A DNA stretch of 64,000 nucleotides, from contig OZ024744.1 of NCBI GenBank assembly GCA_964016885.1, positions 63,736,001-63,800,000 on the forward strand, given 5' to 3'. Shown here in pieces: positions 1 through 14,866 of the stretch. The position numbers and the translations under genes are program-made. The stretch comes from Eledone cirrhosa (taxonomy: Eukaryota). Below the pieces are notes generated by a model. It was not told where the DNA came from. It made no database searches and saw only the letters and a list, made by a program, of their open reading frames with translations. Numbering within the stretch: the stretch's first letter is position 1; every line of letters begins with the position of its first letter.

Positions 1-43
1 AGAATTTGGTGGAAAGATATATAGAGGAGGACATTCTTGTACT

Positions 44-365
44 CAGGGCCGGTGCTACCAATAGGCAAACTAGACAGCCACCTAGGGCGCTGATTTCAGG
101 GGGCGCATTTCTCCAAATCAACAACAATTTTGAGAAATAAATAAATAAATTTCAGTTTTATTGAGGGTCAATAAATAAATTTCAGTTTTATTGAGGGTCA
201 TTTTTTATCCTAGTTTAATTCATACAGGGACAAATAAATGTTGGAAAAAAGTTTTTTTAAAATTTATTGTTTATAAATTTTGAAATTGATATTTTCCTGG
301 GGTGAAGGGGTGGACGCCAGAATCTAACCTTGCCTAGGGTGCCAGATAGTCTGATATTGGCCCTG
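44..365. mobile_element. hAT-type non-autonomous DNA transposon (MITE)
   Basis: Terminal inverted repeats CAGGGCC.../...GGCCCTG flanked by a perfect 8-bp TSD CTTGTACT (36-43, 366-373); 8-bp TSD and CAG start are typical of hAT. Confidence 0.85.
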
Positions 366-959
366 CTTGTACTACAGATAACAAAGTGAAAATTGATGGC
401 ATTAGCTCAGCCAGCAAAGAGCTAAATCAAACCAGTGTTGGACTTTATGAAATTTAATTGTAGTAAGCAATGGCACTACTTATCATGATGGAACAATTGG
501 GTTGCACTTGGTCAGTCGGCAGCATAGAAATACCGAGCAGTGACTTCTGCCTAGCTAGAAAATTTGCGCCTCTTTTGACTTCTAACACAATTCCATCTTC
601 ATTTTCATACAAACTGGACATTACTAAATTCATTCCCTTGAGCGACTGGCAAGGGCCCAGCAACATCCTACCTAGATATAGGCCACAATGGCATCTATTG
701 TAATATTTTATGGAGAAAAATAAATCCTTTGTTATATTTCCTCACTGTGCTTTCCTCTATGATCCTTCCACATGGACTACTAACATTAAACGCGCAGCCT
801 TATAACCTAATCTTCCTTAAGGATCCTTCCTGCAACCAAAAAATAATATTTTAAAGAACTTTTCTGCTAAAGAATCATCATGCAACATGTTACACAAGCA
901 GGCCCGCAATGGACATATGTTGAGAAACTATGCAACCATGGAGGCATGGCAGGAGCAAT

Positions 960-1200
960 CAGCATTGTTGACCTAAAATTAGCTTACTTGCAGCTTCATA
1001 TGGCTAAAATATTGTGAAAGTAGCAACTGGTAAACTACAAAAGTAGAATGTATTGTCCAACTAGAATGGGTTTAAGGCTAAACTAAGCAACCAAAATAAT
1101 AGCAGCAATTCTAAAAAAACTATCTTAGGAAAGAGGAATAGGATAAGAGAAAACCATGAATTAGTTCATTGATGACATTCTGGTGGATGAAATAATGGTG
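960..1200 (+). pseudogene. Degenerate LTR-retrotransposon-type reverse transcriptase fragment
   Basis: Manual translation gives SIVDLKLAYLQLH, QLVNYKSRMYCPTRMGLRLN*ATKI and FIDDILVDE (RT motifs incl. F/YxDD), with stops and frameshifts. Confidence 0.65.
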
Positions 1201-1579
1201 ACAGCAGATGAGGTTGCCTTAAGAACTATGGATTGAGTAGAAATTCATCAGAATCATTGGAAGGTGAGCAGCACTGGGACTTATATTAAGAAAGTGCAGA
1301 ATAGGAGAATCAATTGCTTAGAGAGAAAATAAGATTTCACGGGTGTGTGATGAGTGAAGTAGCAAAGCAAGAAAAGCAAAGCCTACACAAGTAATTGTTT
1401 ATAATCGTAATAGACAAGTTGTGTATTTCTCAATTGCACAGTTTGAGTGCCTGTGAGTTATTCATATAACAAGTAAAAATACAAGATAATGAGGTTCAAC
1501 AGGAAACTCCAGAGAGCTGCCAGGTTTCAGTTTTATTTGAGCTCATCTACCCTGCGCCCCTCAATGCAGACAAGGTTAT

Positions 1580-1808
1580 TTAACCCTTTAGCATTTACAT
1601 TACGCTATATATACTATTATATTTTCGCAGTAAAGTCTTTATCTCACATAATTACTTCACATAATATCGAATCTATGAGATTTTGATATTATTTATTTTG
1701 AGAACAATACCTTAACATCAGTATGAGGGGTTGGTTACAGCTAGTTTGAACAGAAAGAGGTGAGAGAATTCTGGCCGGATATGGCTGGTTTAAATGCTAA
1801 AGTGTTAA
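1580..1808. mobile_element. piggyBac-type MITE (TTAA-flanked)
   Basis: TTAA-CCCTTTAGCATTTA ... TAAATGCTAAAGTG-TTAA inverted termini; further copies at 5069-5281 and 6367-6595, partial copies near 5489, 50206-50317, 56171-56325. Confidence 0.75.
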
Positions 1809-3299
1809 GGTGCCTTTACTAGCCTTGTCCCAAAGCCGTCAAGATTTCTACAGCTTGTCAGCCCTGGTTCATTGTATCCAGGTGGTTTTACCATTCTTGG
1901 TCCACAGCAGCTTATTCAACTGATGCACCAGCTTATATCACAGTTGTCCTATATATTCTACAGGACATTCCTCAATCTACCTCTCAAGAAACATGCCAGC
2001 TACCAGTAGATCTCTGGAACTGATGAGTTAAGTAAGTAGAAGTTGTTTTTCGGTGTGTGAAAAATTAGTTGGGTACTATTCTATTGTTGACTGACTTTGC
2101 ATTGCATGAAGCTATTTTAAGCATTAGATGAATGGAGACTGTTGGGAGACAAGGTAACTGAGAGATGGTCAGTATAATAAAACAAAATATTACTGTAGAG
2201 GGGTGAAACAGGACAATTCTGTGAGAGGAAGGTGGTATGTGCTAGATGTAGAAAAAGAAATTGTATGATGCTATGCGAACAGCATAGCAGCAAGTGTAAA
2301 TTTGGTGGTAGAGGAAGTTGAGAAAGAGGACATTTTTTGGTGGAGAAAGCAGAGCAATGCTCTCTCTCTGATTGATCAACAAGATCCCAGACTTCATTCA
2401 CTTGCTGAATGGGGTGGATCTTGTCAAATCAGACCAATGGAAACAATGTTTCCATTGGTTTTTCCGTTGCTGATACTATCTACCAGTTACTACTACTGGC
2501 AGAAGCAATGTGAAATAAAGTATCTTGCTCAAGGACAAAACATCACCCGGTCTGAGAATTGAACTCACAACCTCACGAATGTGAATGCAAGTCTCTAACC
2601 ACTAAGCCACGCATCTTCATTAATGCTATTCAATGTAACTGAGCTGAAAGCACTAACAGAGGGTTTCAATTTAGCTCTGAAATAGAGACTTTGTGACACT
2701 AAAATCAAGACAGATTTGGCTACAGATTTTATGTGGGTCAAATCTCTTATAACAGGAAAGAAGATGCAGACTAAAAGAGCCGGGGAAATATTCATTAAAT
2801 GTCGTTTGAGAAGATTTAGAGGAGCTGGTCTACAAGTGAAAGTAATTTTTGTGCTTTTAATGTAAAAAAATTGGAAAGATATCTTTATTAGGATGAGGAA
2901 AATTTGACTGAAGCTGTTGAACAATTCTAGGAGGAGGGTGAGTACAATTTGCTGCTTAGGGGATAAAAATCTAAAGGAATTGCATGACACATCACATGTG
3001 AATGGAGAAACTCTGTTCCTGGCTTGGAAGATTAACCCCATATTGCTAGAAAGCCTGTCTAGAAGATGTCAAGAGAGTGTGACAGGTGGCAATCTATTGA
3101 TACTGTACCAACAGTGCATGACAAGTCTTTTGTTATATTACTAATACTACTACTACTACTACCCCTCATCCTCCTCTTATTCTTCATTTCTGGGTTAGTG
3201 TGTCTTCTGGGTTTGGTATTCTGCCATAGGATGGAGAAAGAAGATGGTTAGCCATTAGCTTCTAACACCCTATGGAACTGATGTGGGTGGCTCTACTTG

Positions 3300-3712
3300 A
3301 AGCATCACTGCATCTGTTGCATATGTATATCATTTCAATTTTATGTATCCTTTTTTAGAGCTGTTGCAGAGGGCAGATTTGTGGTGGACACAAAGATCCC
3401 TGCAAGCTGCTTTGTGGTAGAAATCAGTGTTTGATTTCTCTGCTTTCAATGATGTCCAGTTTGAAATTGAAAACGGCGATATATCCAGAGTTGGAGTGAT
3501 GTTCTACACTGAACCTGATGTTTTCGTCTGTGTTGTTGAATGACTCAAATATCCTGTTGGCATTCTGATGGGAAGATGTAAGGACGAAGATATCATCCAC
3601 ATGTCTAGTGAAAAATGCTCAGGAATCGCAAGTGCTGAGCACTCGGCAGTCAAGTCAGTTCATGTATGAGATGGCTAGTAAACCCAACAGGCTGGATCCC
3701 ATGGGTAGTCCT
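3300..3712 (-). pseudogene. Penelope-like element reverse transcriptase remnant
   Basis: Minus-strand translation GLPMGSSLLGLLAISYMN*LD...FFTRHVDDIFVL...FNNTDENIRFSVEH matches the PLE RT motifs GxPMGS, (Y)VDD and FN...I.F..E; in-frame stops. Confidence 0.8.
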
Positions 3713-5068
3713 GAAAAGGTGTGGTTGACAACAACAGATAGCAGCTGGTGGGATGAAACTTAAACAATGTAGGTCAGTGGCACAGATGCGGTCTGGTTAG
3801 TATCACTACAGCTGGGAGTGCTGGTAGCAAGGTGTATAAGGATACCACATCTAGGGTGAAGGCACACCTGTTCTATTTAATTGTGTTGGGTTCTAATTGG
3901 TTGAGTTGAAGGATGACTGCTTTTGAGCTGTTGATGTGGCCCAGGAAGGTTGTCAACAGGAGTTTTAAGATCTTGGATAGAAGTCATGAGATCTTGTATA
4001 AAGGTCCTTCTACATTGGAAATAATGGGTCTGATTAAAAGAAACAAAAAAAGTAAAGAGTAAAAAGAGAATTAAGCAATGAAGGAAAGGGAGGGAGGGAC
4101 AGTCTCTACATCCCAGTCTGATTAGAGATTTAGCCGAGCCCCACAGACAACATAGTGAGGGCAATGCCGCAGAGAATGGCCAAGAACGCCCATTGCTACA
4201 TCCATTTCTTTCTTTATTTATGCATTTACATACATATTATTTATTTGTTTATACACTTTCACACATAAATATATTTTTATGTAAAATATATCATTATGTA
4301 AAATATATCATTATGTAAAATACATTTTGTCTCATTTCTCCCCGTTTTGGGGAATGTTTGTTCATGATACTTCCCATTGGGTTTTTTAGAGGTTGACAGG
4401 TCTGCTTATATAAATGTTTAGTTAAATTAACATATTTAATATTGATCTGTTCGTATATTTTTTACATTCTGAGTGCAACTTTACGTTTTATCTTTCAACA
4501 ATCAATAAAAGAAACCATCTATCAAATACTTGGATCAAATTAATATTCCTAAAGAAATTGGGTATAAGAGGAATCAAATGTAATGTGCAACTGAGAAGAT
4601 TGTAGTTATATGATGTGTATGGATGATGATCATTGGATAAAGAAGTATAACTAGATCACAGTGGAAAGAAGCTGTAGTGGAGGAAGGTCAAGAAAAACAT
4701 GGATTGAAATGACAGGAGGAGATTTCATAATGTTGAACCTCACAGAAGAGATGAAGGAATGCAGTAAGTAGGAGGCTGTGGAAGGGAAGACCCATCCAAC
4801 CCATGCAATCATGGAAAAACAGGCATAAAATGGTGATGATGATGATGTTGATAAAACATCCTGGATGTGAATGGAATTATAATAATTGGTTGCTATTTCT
4901 AGCAAGTAAAACAACTACTTAGAGGCTTGATTTTATATGCCACAGAGTGAAATTGTTGTTGTTCTTTAACCCCAGGTAAATCCTCATTAAGTAGACCTAT
5001 GAATAAAAAGCATTCCATCTGCAACAATCCTGTCTTTTTCCTCTTTTAGTGAATTCAGGACCATATTT

Positions 5069-5281
5069 TTAACCCTTTAGCATTTAAACCAGCTGTACCC
5101 AGCCAGAATTCTCTCACCTCTTTCTGTTCAAACTAAATGTAACCAGCCACTCATAGTGATGTTAAGGTATTGTTCTCAAAATAAATAATATTAAAATCTC
5201 ATAGATTCAATATTATGTGAGGTAAAGTCTTTACCACAAAAATATAGTAAATATAGAGTAATGTAAATGCTAAAGGGTTAA
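5069..5281. mobile_element. piggyBac-type MITE, second copy
   Basis: TTAACCCTTTAGCATTTA...TAAATGCTAAAGGGTTAA; reverse orientation relative to the 1580 copy. Confidence 0.8.
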
Positions 5282-6366
5282 GGGAGTAGGTATGATTTGA
5301 AGGATATTTAGCTACCAATTCTAGCATGTTTAGCAATCACTAAGGGGCTTCTCCCTTGGGTCACAGAAAGAAGTTTGTTGAAGTAGATGAAGAGATTTCA
5401 TACATAGAATCTCCCTTATTGGATTATGTGAGATTCAGCTGTTAAATTGAATAGTTAAGGACATCAATGTGAGATTTCGTTTTTGGTGTTTAACCCTTTA
5501 GCATTTAAATCAACTGTTTCCAACAGAATTCTATCACCTTTTAGCAGGAAAATAATATTATGCCATGTTGGCATAATATTATTAAGAAAGCATAATATTA
5601 TTAAGAAAGAATGTTAAATTATTGTTGTTATTTGTTATAGTGAGAAATGTAACGTTTGTTAAGTGAGAGAGAGGCAAAGTTAACCATAAAGTGAATGTTT
5701 GTTGAAGTAGCTGTAGTTCATTGTAGGTTTTGTAGAAAATATTGCGAGACTTTATAATATTTTACAAGTTTTATTTACAACCGATCACAAAAGTTAAGCT
5801 GGGTTGACAAGTCAAAGAAAAGAACAAACAAAATTAAGAGTTTTAAGAAGTAAAGAAAGGTACTGTGTCTGGCCGAATGAGGCCGACAGCCAAAGTGAAT
5901 ATCTCAATGTTACATAATGGCGTGCTTACCTTTCAGAGTCCAAGTAGCAAAAGATTGTGTGTAAAAGAAAGAAGCAGGAACATTTTTGATCTGGCAGAAG
6001 TTGATATATATCCATATGCGGCTTACGATTGGTATAGCCAAATCACACCTGGATAGATTATTGATACACGCCATGCAAGTAGGTTCGCTACAACCTCTTT
6101 CTGTTCAATCAATGAATTGAAAAGGATAATAGGAATAGAGTCAATGATGAATGTTGTCAAGGGAAATGCAATAAGATGGTTGGATTCATTCATGTGTTGA
6201 AAGAAGTAGAGGGAGTGGAGACCAAGAAAAACATGGCTGAGGATGATGGAGGCAGAAATGAAAGCCAAATGAAAGTTGGTGAGGAGGGATGCAGATGATA
6301 GGGAAAAATGAAGAAGCTTTTATGGGGCTCACATTGCTAAACCCTACTTTAGCAAGAAAGATGACC

Positions 6367-6595
6367 TTAAACCTTTAGGACTTAAACTGGAAATATCCGG
6401 CCAGAATTCTCTCACCTCTTTCTGTTCAAACTGGCTGCAACTGGCCACTCATACTGATGTTAAGGTATTGTTCTCAAAATAAATAACATCAAAATCTCAT
6501 AGATTCAATATCATGTGAGATAATTATGTGAGATAAAGCCTTTACCATGAAAATACAACAGTAAATATAGAGTAATGTAAATGATAACGGGTTAA
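6367..6595. mobile_element. piggyBac-type MITE, third copy
   Basis: Same internal sequence (ccagaattctctcacctcttt...), TTAA at both ends. Confidence 0.7.
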
Positions 6596-7566
6596 GACAT
6601 ATTTGAAAGTGCTGATAATGTTCAGATGTCGCACATTAGTTTATTGCAGAGATGTCACAGCTTTACATATTGAAAATATTTTATGTGTATGCTTTTTAGA
6701 TGAAATTACAGAACTATTTGATCAGATGTAATATTAGTTCTTTAACGAGAGCCTAATGCTGCATTAAACAAATATGTAGGCATTAATACACATAAATACT
6801 TGGGCATAAATATGTACAAATGCATACACATGCATATCCAGGCATTTGTGTATGCAAGTATGAATGTTATATAGACTATCTGCATACCTCACACATATAT
6901 CTTTATTTATATTTTCACATATTATCATCATCTACCTCTGTTTGCTTGGCTATATTTGTAATGTCCATTGGTCAATAAAGTTTTTTGCTTGTGTATATCC
7001 ATGTTGTGGTGTCCATAGGAGTATATCACAAATGAAATCTTGCTTAATTCCCCCAGCAATGTCCAGCAAAGCTCATGTGCCTCCCTTAATGATATTAGAA
7101 ATTGCAAAAAGTCATTGTTTGGTTGGATACCTCTTCCAGGAGATGTTTAGAATGGCCTGCAACATGATGGTGAAAACACCATTAAGTCTTGCCTCCAAGT
7201 GTTTCATCCCATACAATAGCATAGGTTCCACAATCGTACAGGGGTTTCTAAAGGATCATCTAATAGTGTGACTTCCAGAAAACATATTTTATCCTTTCAT
7301 TGAAATGTTTACATATTAGAAACAGTTAACTTTATAAAGTTATAAATTGATATTGACTGTTCCATCCTTGTTGAGCTCATCTAGACGGTTTTGGCTGCTA
7401 TTTCCAGCATCAATATAAGCTAGTCGTATTGTCCTAACACATTAAGTGGGATATATTCATACAGTAATTCAGTGATGCAATTCGTTGTTCACCATACAGT
7501 ATGACAACAAAATTGTATGTACGATATATATTGAACTTGTCCCCTTATTCCTAAGTAAGAATTCTG

Positions 7567-7662
7567 ATTCTGATGAAGGAACTGAAATTCTTCCAATATT
7601 GGTTATTCCAATGTTGTGGAATATTTGATGCTGTTTCTTGAGTTCCAGAAACCATGGTCAGT
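7567..7662 (+). ncRNA. Type I hammerhead ribozyme motif, extended stem II
   Basis: att-CTGATGA-a-GGAACT...AGTTCC-a-GAA-ACCATGGT-C-agt; palindromic stem III, GUC site. Confidence 0.7.
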
Positions 7663-7912
7663 GAACTACATAAGTAAAACCGAATTATTTTAGCTGATCT
7701 ACCTTATATCCTCACATATGAAAGAGATATCGTTTTTTATAAAAAACAATATAAAAAATTAGAAACATAAGTGCAGAAATTAAAAACAGATAAAAAATGG
7801 AGTAATTTATTATAATAAACAGTACCAGAGGCTGTTTCATACTTCTTATAAAATTATACATGAAGCAAATTATTCATTAAAATAGATACCAAACACGTTT
7901 TTACATTAAATG

Positions 7913-7959
7913 CTGATTTACGAACGTTTCATCCCCTTCCTGGGACTTTTCAAAATCAG
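7913..7959 (-). ncRNA. Degenerate hammerhead ribozyme motif
   Basis: CTGATT-ttgaaaa-GTCCC aggaag GGGAT-GAA-ACG tt CGT-A-AATCAG; all three stems present but the core reads TTGAAAA instead of CTGANGA. Confidence 0.55.
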
Positions 7960-8224
7960 TGAACTAAGATTAAAAAACTTCAGATTAACCTCACCAAAAT
8001 ACTATACAGCCAGCAGCCAAAGAAATTGGTTATATTTAAAAAATCTGAAATGACACCATAATGCATAGAAAATCTATGCTGTCCAACTACAGAAATATAA
8101 CGTCAAACCACTCTAGCACATTACTATAAAAACTTACTAAAAATTAATAGATGATAAATATAAAAAGATAAATTTACACTCAATAAAAGATATTATAAAA
8201 GATAAGAAAAAAATAAAGACATAT

Positions 8225-8620
8225 ATGTATACATAAATACACACACACATACATATACACATGCATATATAGAAATACAACCACATACACGTACATACAT
8301 AACATACAAATAACCACATACAAATACATATGGGCATATACATACATACATACATATATATAACCACATACAAATACATATGGACATATACACATACATA
8401 CATACATATATATATACACACACACACACACATATATATATATGCACACACACATACATAAATATACATATATACATACACATTCCCACCCGTGCAGTCA
8501 TATATATATATACATACATATGTGTATATAAACATATATAGATATCATATACCCATAAGTATATATATATATATATATACACACATACATAAATACACAC
8601 ATATACCTACACATATATAT
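8225..8620. repeat. Compound (TA)n/(CA)n/(TACA)n microsatellite
   Basis: Low-complexity tract; explains the spurious YI/VC-rich ORFs. Confidence 0.9.
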
Positions 8621-9375
8621 ATGGTGGCTGCCAACTCGTTTTCGAGTACGGCCACTACTTTATATCCATGTAGGAGAACCCCTACCGATGCGCTGAACGA
8701 GTGTGACTTTTTAGTCCAGCCAGCGACTTGAAAACTCTGGTACAGACACTACACTTGTGACAATTATTGACACATAGTGCTGGGCCCATGGTACCATGTG
8801 ACGACAAGTGCAGAGAGATCTCCAGATATAAAGCAATGCCTGTGCCGTGAAGCTTTTATAGTGAGCAAAGGCACTGCACAAAGCCAGTCCCACTCTCTTA
8901 ACCAAGATGATATTTACCAAAAAGAAGAACAAGTCAACATCATTGGATATCATCAGGGTTGCAGGTGTTATATCAGAGTTTTCCTTCTCCTAGAATTCTG
9001 CCTTGACAAAGGCTAAGGGGTCATCTCTCCCGGTGATTTTGGATGGCCATTGACTCTTACGAGCTCCTTTGCCCTTTGACAGGTTTTGTTTTTAGTCCTG
9101 CAGGATGTCCAAAGTCACCCTCCTCACCAAGAAACCTTGGTGGGGTTGCCAGTTTAGTCGCCAACGACCCGACCATGAGACAGGTTGTACTGGGATACAT
9201 GTTACCAGTAGCACCAACTGGTGACCTGACATATACATTCACATATACATACACGTAAAAATAAATACAAAATCATACCTACTTTTGAAAAGCGAAACCG
9301 GTAAAGGAACCAAATAAATATATATATTTAAAAAAAAATAAGACTCCAGTTGCATTTTCGATTTCATCTTTTTTT

Positions 9376-10765
<1,390 letters not shown>

Positions 10766-10833
10766 ATTATATATATATAATTCAAGAAAGAAGATTGATA
10801 TGGTTCGCTATACAATAAGGGCTTTATCACATT

Positions 10834-10941
10834 GCTGACAATTGTTTCTTTGATGTGGCAGGTCTAGAGTTCGCTATATGCTTGATTTTGCGCCAATCGA
10901 TCTCCAATACTTTGTTTATAACCAATCTGTTTCATCGGAGC
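10834..10941 (-). ncRNA. Hammerhead-like motif downstream of a PLE GIY-YIG remnant
   Basis: gct-CCGATGA-...-GAA-ACAATTGT-C-agc; palindromic stem III, but variant core and poorly closed stem II. Confidence 0.4.
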
Positions 10942-11864
10942 GGGTGAAATGAAGAAAATACATAAGGCATGGTTTTTATATAAGTGTGGTATTAAACCAG
11001 AACAATAATATCAATAATAAAATAAAATAACTAGATAGCATACAATTAAAATAATAACATCAATGTAAGTAAGAGATAGAGTATAATGGAGATTCTAGCA
11101 TGTTAAACAGACTGATATGATACAGATGTATGGAATTGACATGTGAAAACTGCTATAGGGTACATTAGATATAGTGATAGGGTAGCGACTAGATAACAGT
11201 AACCACTAAGATGTACTTGGAGACAGAATTTATGAGATATCCACTGTGCTGTAGGTATTCTAGCAATAAACCGGAGATTTACTTTGTATTTTTTTTATTA
11301 TTTGACAGATAAACATTTTCGTTTGATTAATTTAGTGATGATGATAGTTTTTATGTGGTGCTAAATAGAGTTGTAGATTCGTTATTTAAGTGGCCTATAC
11401 TAAAGATAGGGATTGTTAGTTCGAATCGTGGGGGTTTGATTTCCACAGCATCAATAACAAATCGTGTATAAATAACAGAAGGTAGTAAGGTAGTAAAATG
11501 TGCATGGTAGGTATATAGAACATGATGAATAATATTAGGGCTATATTGAGATGTTCATAATAATAATAAGAATAATAAGAGGAAAGTGAGATTGCAAGGG
11601 GTGTAGGAGTAATAAAATAATGTACTTAGAATTAGGTTCGTCTGTTAGAGATCATGAGTGCTAATGAGAGATATAAATCCCTGGTCCGAAGGAGTGGGTA
11701 ACAGCAAAGGTTTGATTGATTTATGGGCTGATAAGATAGTTGTAGACATATTCCAGTGGGATAGAATTAGGGAGGCTATAAGGTATTTCTAGAAGATTAT
11801 AGTTCCGTATTGGGCTGTGTGAGGTGTATTTCATATGTTAAAAGCTAAGTGGTATTGGTTCGAA

Positions 11865-12255
11865 TCACGGTGGTTTAAATCTCGCGAATTTTGTAGCAAT
11901 CCTATGTCTGCAGAAAATTGACCTTTCTATTTTACTGTTGAGTAGCATTTTATCGTTCCTTAAGATATGCAGCAATTCAAGGTTGCAGAGCCGGCAGTGG
12001 GACATACCGCTGCTATATGTCTTTGCGGTCTCCAATTTCGACCAGCTAATATTATAATCAAGGTTTTTGTCCTTAAGTTGCCAGATTTTATTGGCGAGGG
12101 TTGAAGAATTTATCAGTGCACGGTTCTTCATTGAATGTCTGTGTACATACCATCTTTTTTTAAAAGCACCCGCGGTGGATCCAATGTAGTGCCAAGTGGA
12201 GTTGTTTGAGTCTATAGTGCATATGTACACTAGGCCCGAATCAAGGCACCTATTA
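11865..12255 (-). pseudogene. Penelope-like element GIY-YIG endonuclease fragment
   Basis: WHYIGSTAGAFKKRWYVH...STLANKIWQLK...CRLCNLE...LLNSKIE..CRHR is the PLE GIY-YIG domain with its C/H motif; truncated upstream at a (TA)n tract. Confidence 0.88.
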
Positions 12256-12284
12256 TAGATGCCATAACGATAACCTGTTATCCC

Positions 12285-12355
<71 letters not shown>

Positions 12356-12434
12356 TAGAAGGGGTATTTAATCTGACAAATATAAATGTTTATAACTGCT
12401 TTAGAGCACTCAACAGTTTACTGAGGTAAATATT

Positions 12435-12689
12435 CAATGATATTAAATAAATGGAGATTATATTTATAAAACCATATTTATTTTATTATATATATTTCAA
12501 GGTTACCAAGGTATCCAGTGAATTTCCAACCGATAAGGTATGATTTTCATGGGTACGTCTCTATTTATAAAACAAACTTTGTATTTTATCTGATGAAAGC
12601 GTACCAATGTTATCTTGGTACCCTTGAAATATATATAATAAAATAAATATGCTTTTATAAATATAGTTTCCATTTATTTAATATCATTG
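12435..12689. repeat. Inverted repeat cassette (~75-bp arms) containing an HHR
   Basis: 12435-12510 is the near-perfect reverse complement of 12614-12689. Confidence 0.85.
12582..12645 (+). ncRNA. Type I hammerhead ribozyme motif
   Basis: TATTTTAT-CTGATGA-AAGcGTACCAA...TTGGTACcCTT-GAA-ATATATAT-A-ATAAAATA; 8-bp stem I, palindromic stem III. Confidence 0.8.
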
Positions 12690-12789
12690 TATATATATAT
12701 ATGGGAACGAGTAGGACCCCCGACGGCTGAGCTCAAGCCGTTTCGACGGTTAATTATGGTCCACCTGGTTCCTTACCACATTTCCTTCG

Positions 12790-12838
<49 letters not shown>

Positions 12839-12899
12839 TAAACCCCCCTCCCCCCTAAATAAAGTATAATTCTAGTCAGGTTCCTTAAGTTATAATAAA

Positions 12900-13782
12900 A
12901 GGAGTAATGTATTTTATGTTGACAAAAAGGATTTATGTCATTTTTAGCATTTAATAAGTTTAAATTGGAAGTTAATATTTCAAATGCCTCAGTTAAATAA
13001 ATATTAAACTTGGATCTATTTCCCCCATATGGCCTTGCAGTATTAATTAGAGACCATTTAATATTGTAATTAACCTTATCTTCCTTTAGGTACCAGATTA
13101 ATTTTGCCTGAGAAGTTGTATTTTTCAGCTTCTTATTTTTAAAAGAATTTGTATGAGCATGGAATCCAGTTTTGAATTTATTGGCAGTAGCACCTATATA
13201 ATTATATTCATTTAATTATAATTAAAGCAATTATCACTAGTTGAATCCACACATCTATAAATAACATTAGTTTTAAGACATTTACCCCCAAAAGGTTGAC
13301 TATTTTTATTGATTATACCCTTATTAAGATCACCACCAGCAAAAATGTTAGTGGTATACCTAGTTTTACCACATACCTCAAATTCAGTATCTATTCTAGA
13401 AGCCCTATTATTCATTTGGGTGTTTACATTATTATTATTCCAAATACCAGTTTCACTACCATTGAGACGGTAATTATCACCAAGATTAGTGAGTGTTTCA
13501 TTTGCGATATTAAGAGTAGAAATACATCATTAATAGTATTATTGTCAACCAAGATATTGCTGCCACTAGTATTATTAGTGGTACTAATGCTTATTCTATT
13601 TCTAGGGGGTCCAGTATTAGTTAAAGATCTACCATTTACTCTAAAGGAATTATGTTTCTTTTTATTGTTCCTTGCTATGTAGTCCGCCAGATTAGGGGTT
13701 GTAGAACAGGACAATTTCACATTATTTATATTCAGTATCTTATAATATCTATGGTTGGGAGGAAAATTCTTATCCTCTATAT
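12900..13782 (-). pseudogene. Penelope-like element, linker and GIY-YIG part (3' half of an interrupted element)
   Basis: DIEDKNFPPNHRYYKILNINNVKLSCSTTPNL; GKCLKTNVIYRC; YIGATANKFK; continues across the hAT insertion at 17984. Confidence 0.8.
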
Positions 13783-14716
13783 CAACGGTTCTCAACCCAT
13801 TTCGGCCAAACTTTTGCCCCTCAAAATCACGAAACGCTCCCCTACCCTATTTTTCCATTTTTCAACATACTACTGATTTTAATATCAGTAGATTACTGGG
13901 CCAAATCAAGTTATGTTAGAATCTTTAAAAAGATCTTCAAAAAATACTCGTACGAATTAAATACAAAAAAGTTTCAGTCCAAAACAAAAGCAAGCTATTT
14001 CAAATTATATATTTTTGAACAATAGACGTGAATGTTCTCAAAGATTTAAACTTTTTTTTTAAATTCTATATTTCACTGTCAGCTGCTGTAATATTTTGAG
14101 TAGATAGACAATTCTACAATTCAAACTGTAAAGTCAAAATACAAAAGATGCAAAATATGAAGAAATTCTTACCTTTCTCTTGAATCACAAACTCAAGGGA
14201 AAAATAGTACCTTGCAAAATAAAGTGTCTCGATCATAAACTTAGTTGCAACGAATGAATTGAGATGCTTAGTGACAGTAAACAAACAATATCTGTATCCC
14301 TTATATATATATATATACATAGATAGATACACACACACATACACGCGCGTGCGCACACTCACACACACACACAAACAAACTTGTGTGTGTGTCTGTGTGT
14401 GCCTTGTTTTTGGTACAGAAAGAATTTTGCCTCCAGTTTTTATTGCCGGGTCAAAGGCCACTGCTCTTTTCAACAACGAACGTCAAATAAAATAACAACG
14501 CCATATATATATATATATAGTTATGTAATAAACAACATAAGGCAATTATTCCATTTATCAGTGGTTTCTTAAAAGCAAAAAATTTTGCTTTCAATCCTCA
14601 GAATGAAAAAATCCTGGTGTTTATTGAATTTGGATTTTATATATATATATAGTGGTAGAACACTGGAAGGTAATATCCGTAGTGGTAGAGCACTCAGTCC
14701 ATGGGACGAGTTAGGG

Positions 14717-14866
14717 AGAAGTGGTTACACAACAGTTAGTTCACCATTCTGAGAACAATTGTTTCACCTTAGCGGATCGGATCCTCAGCTCGTAAACGAG
14801 CTAATGATCCGCTAAGGTGAAACAATTGTTCTCGGTATAGTGAACTAACTGTTGTGTAACCACTTC

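Noticed and set aside
2019-2075. CTGATGA followed by GAAA as a hammerhead
   Set aside because: No convincing stems I, II or III; similar isolated cores at 20930, 35855, 38779 and 55574 were also dropped
8137-8600. Cys/Tyr/Val/Ile-rich ORFs here and at many other sites
   Set aside because: Translations of (TA)n, (CA)n and (TACA)n microsatellites
9140-9225. Structured GC-richer segment, probably a LINE 5' region, as an HDV-like or twister ribozyme
   Set aside because: Could not assign the required nested pseudoknot pairings by eye
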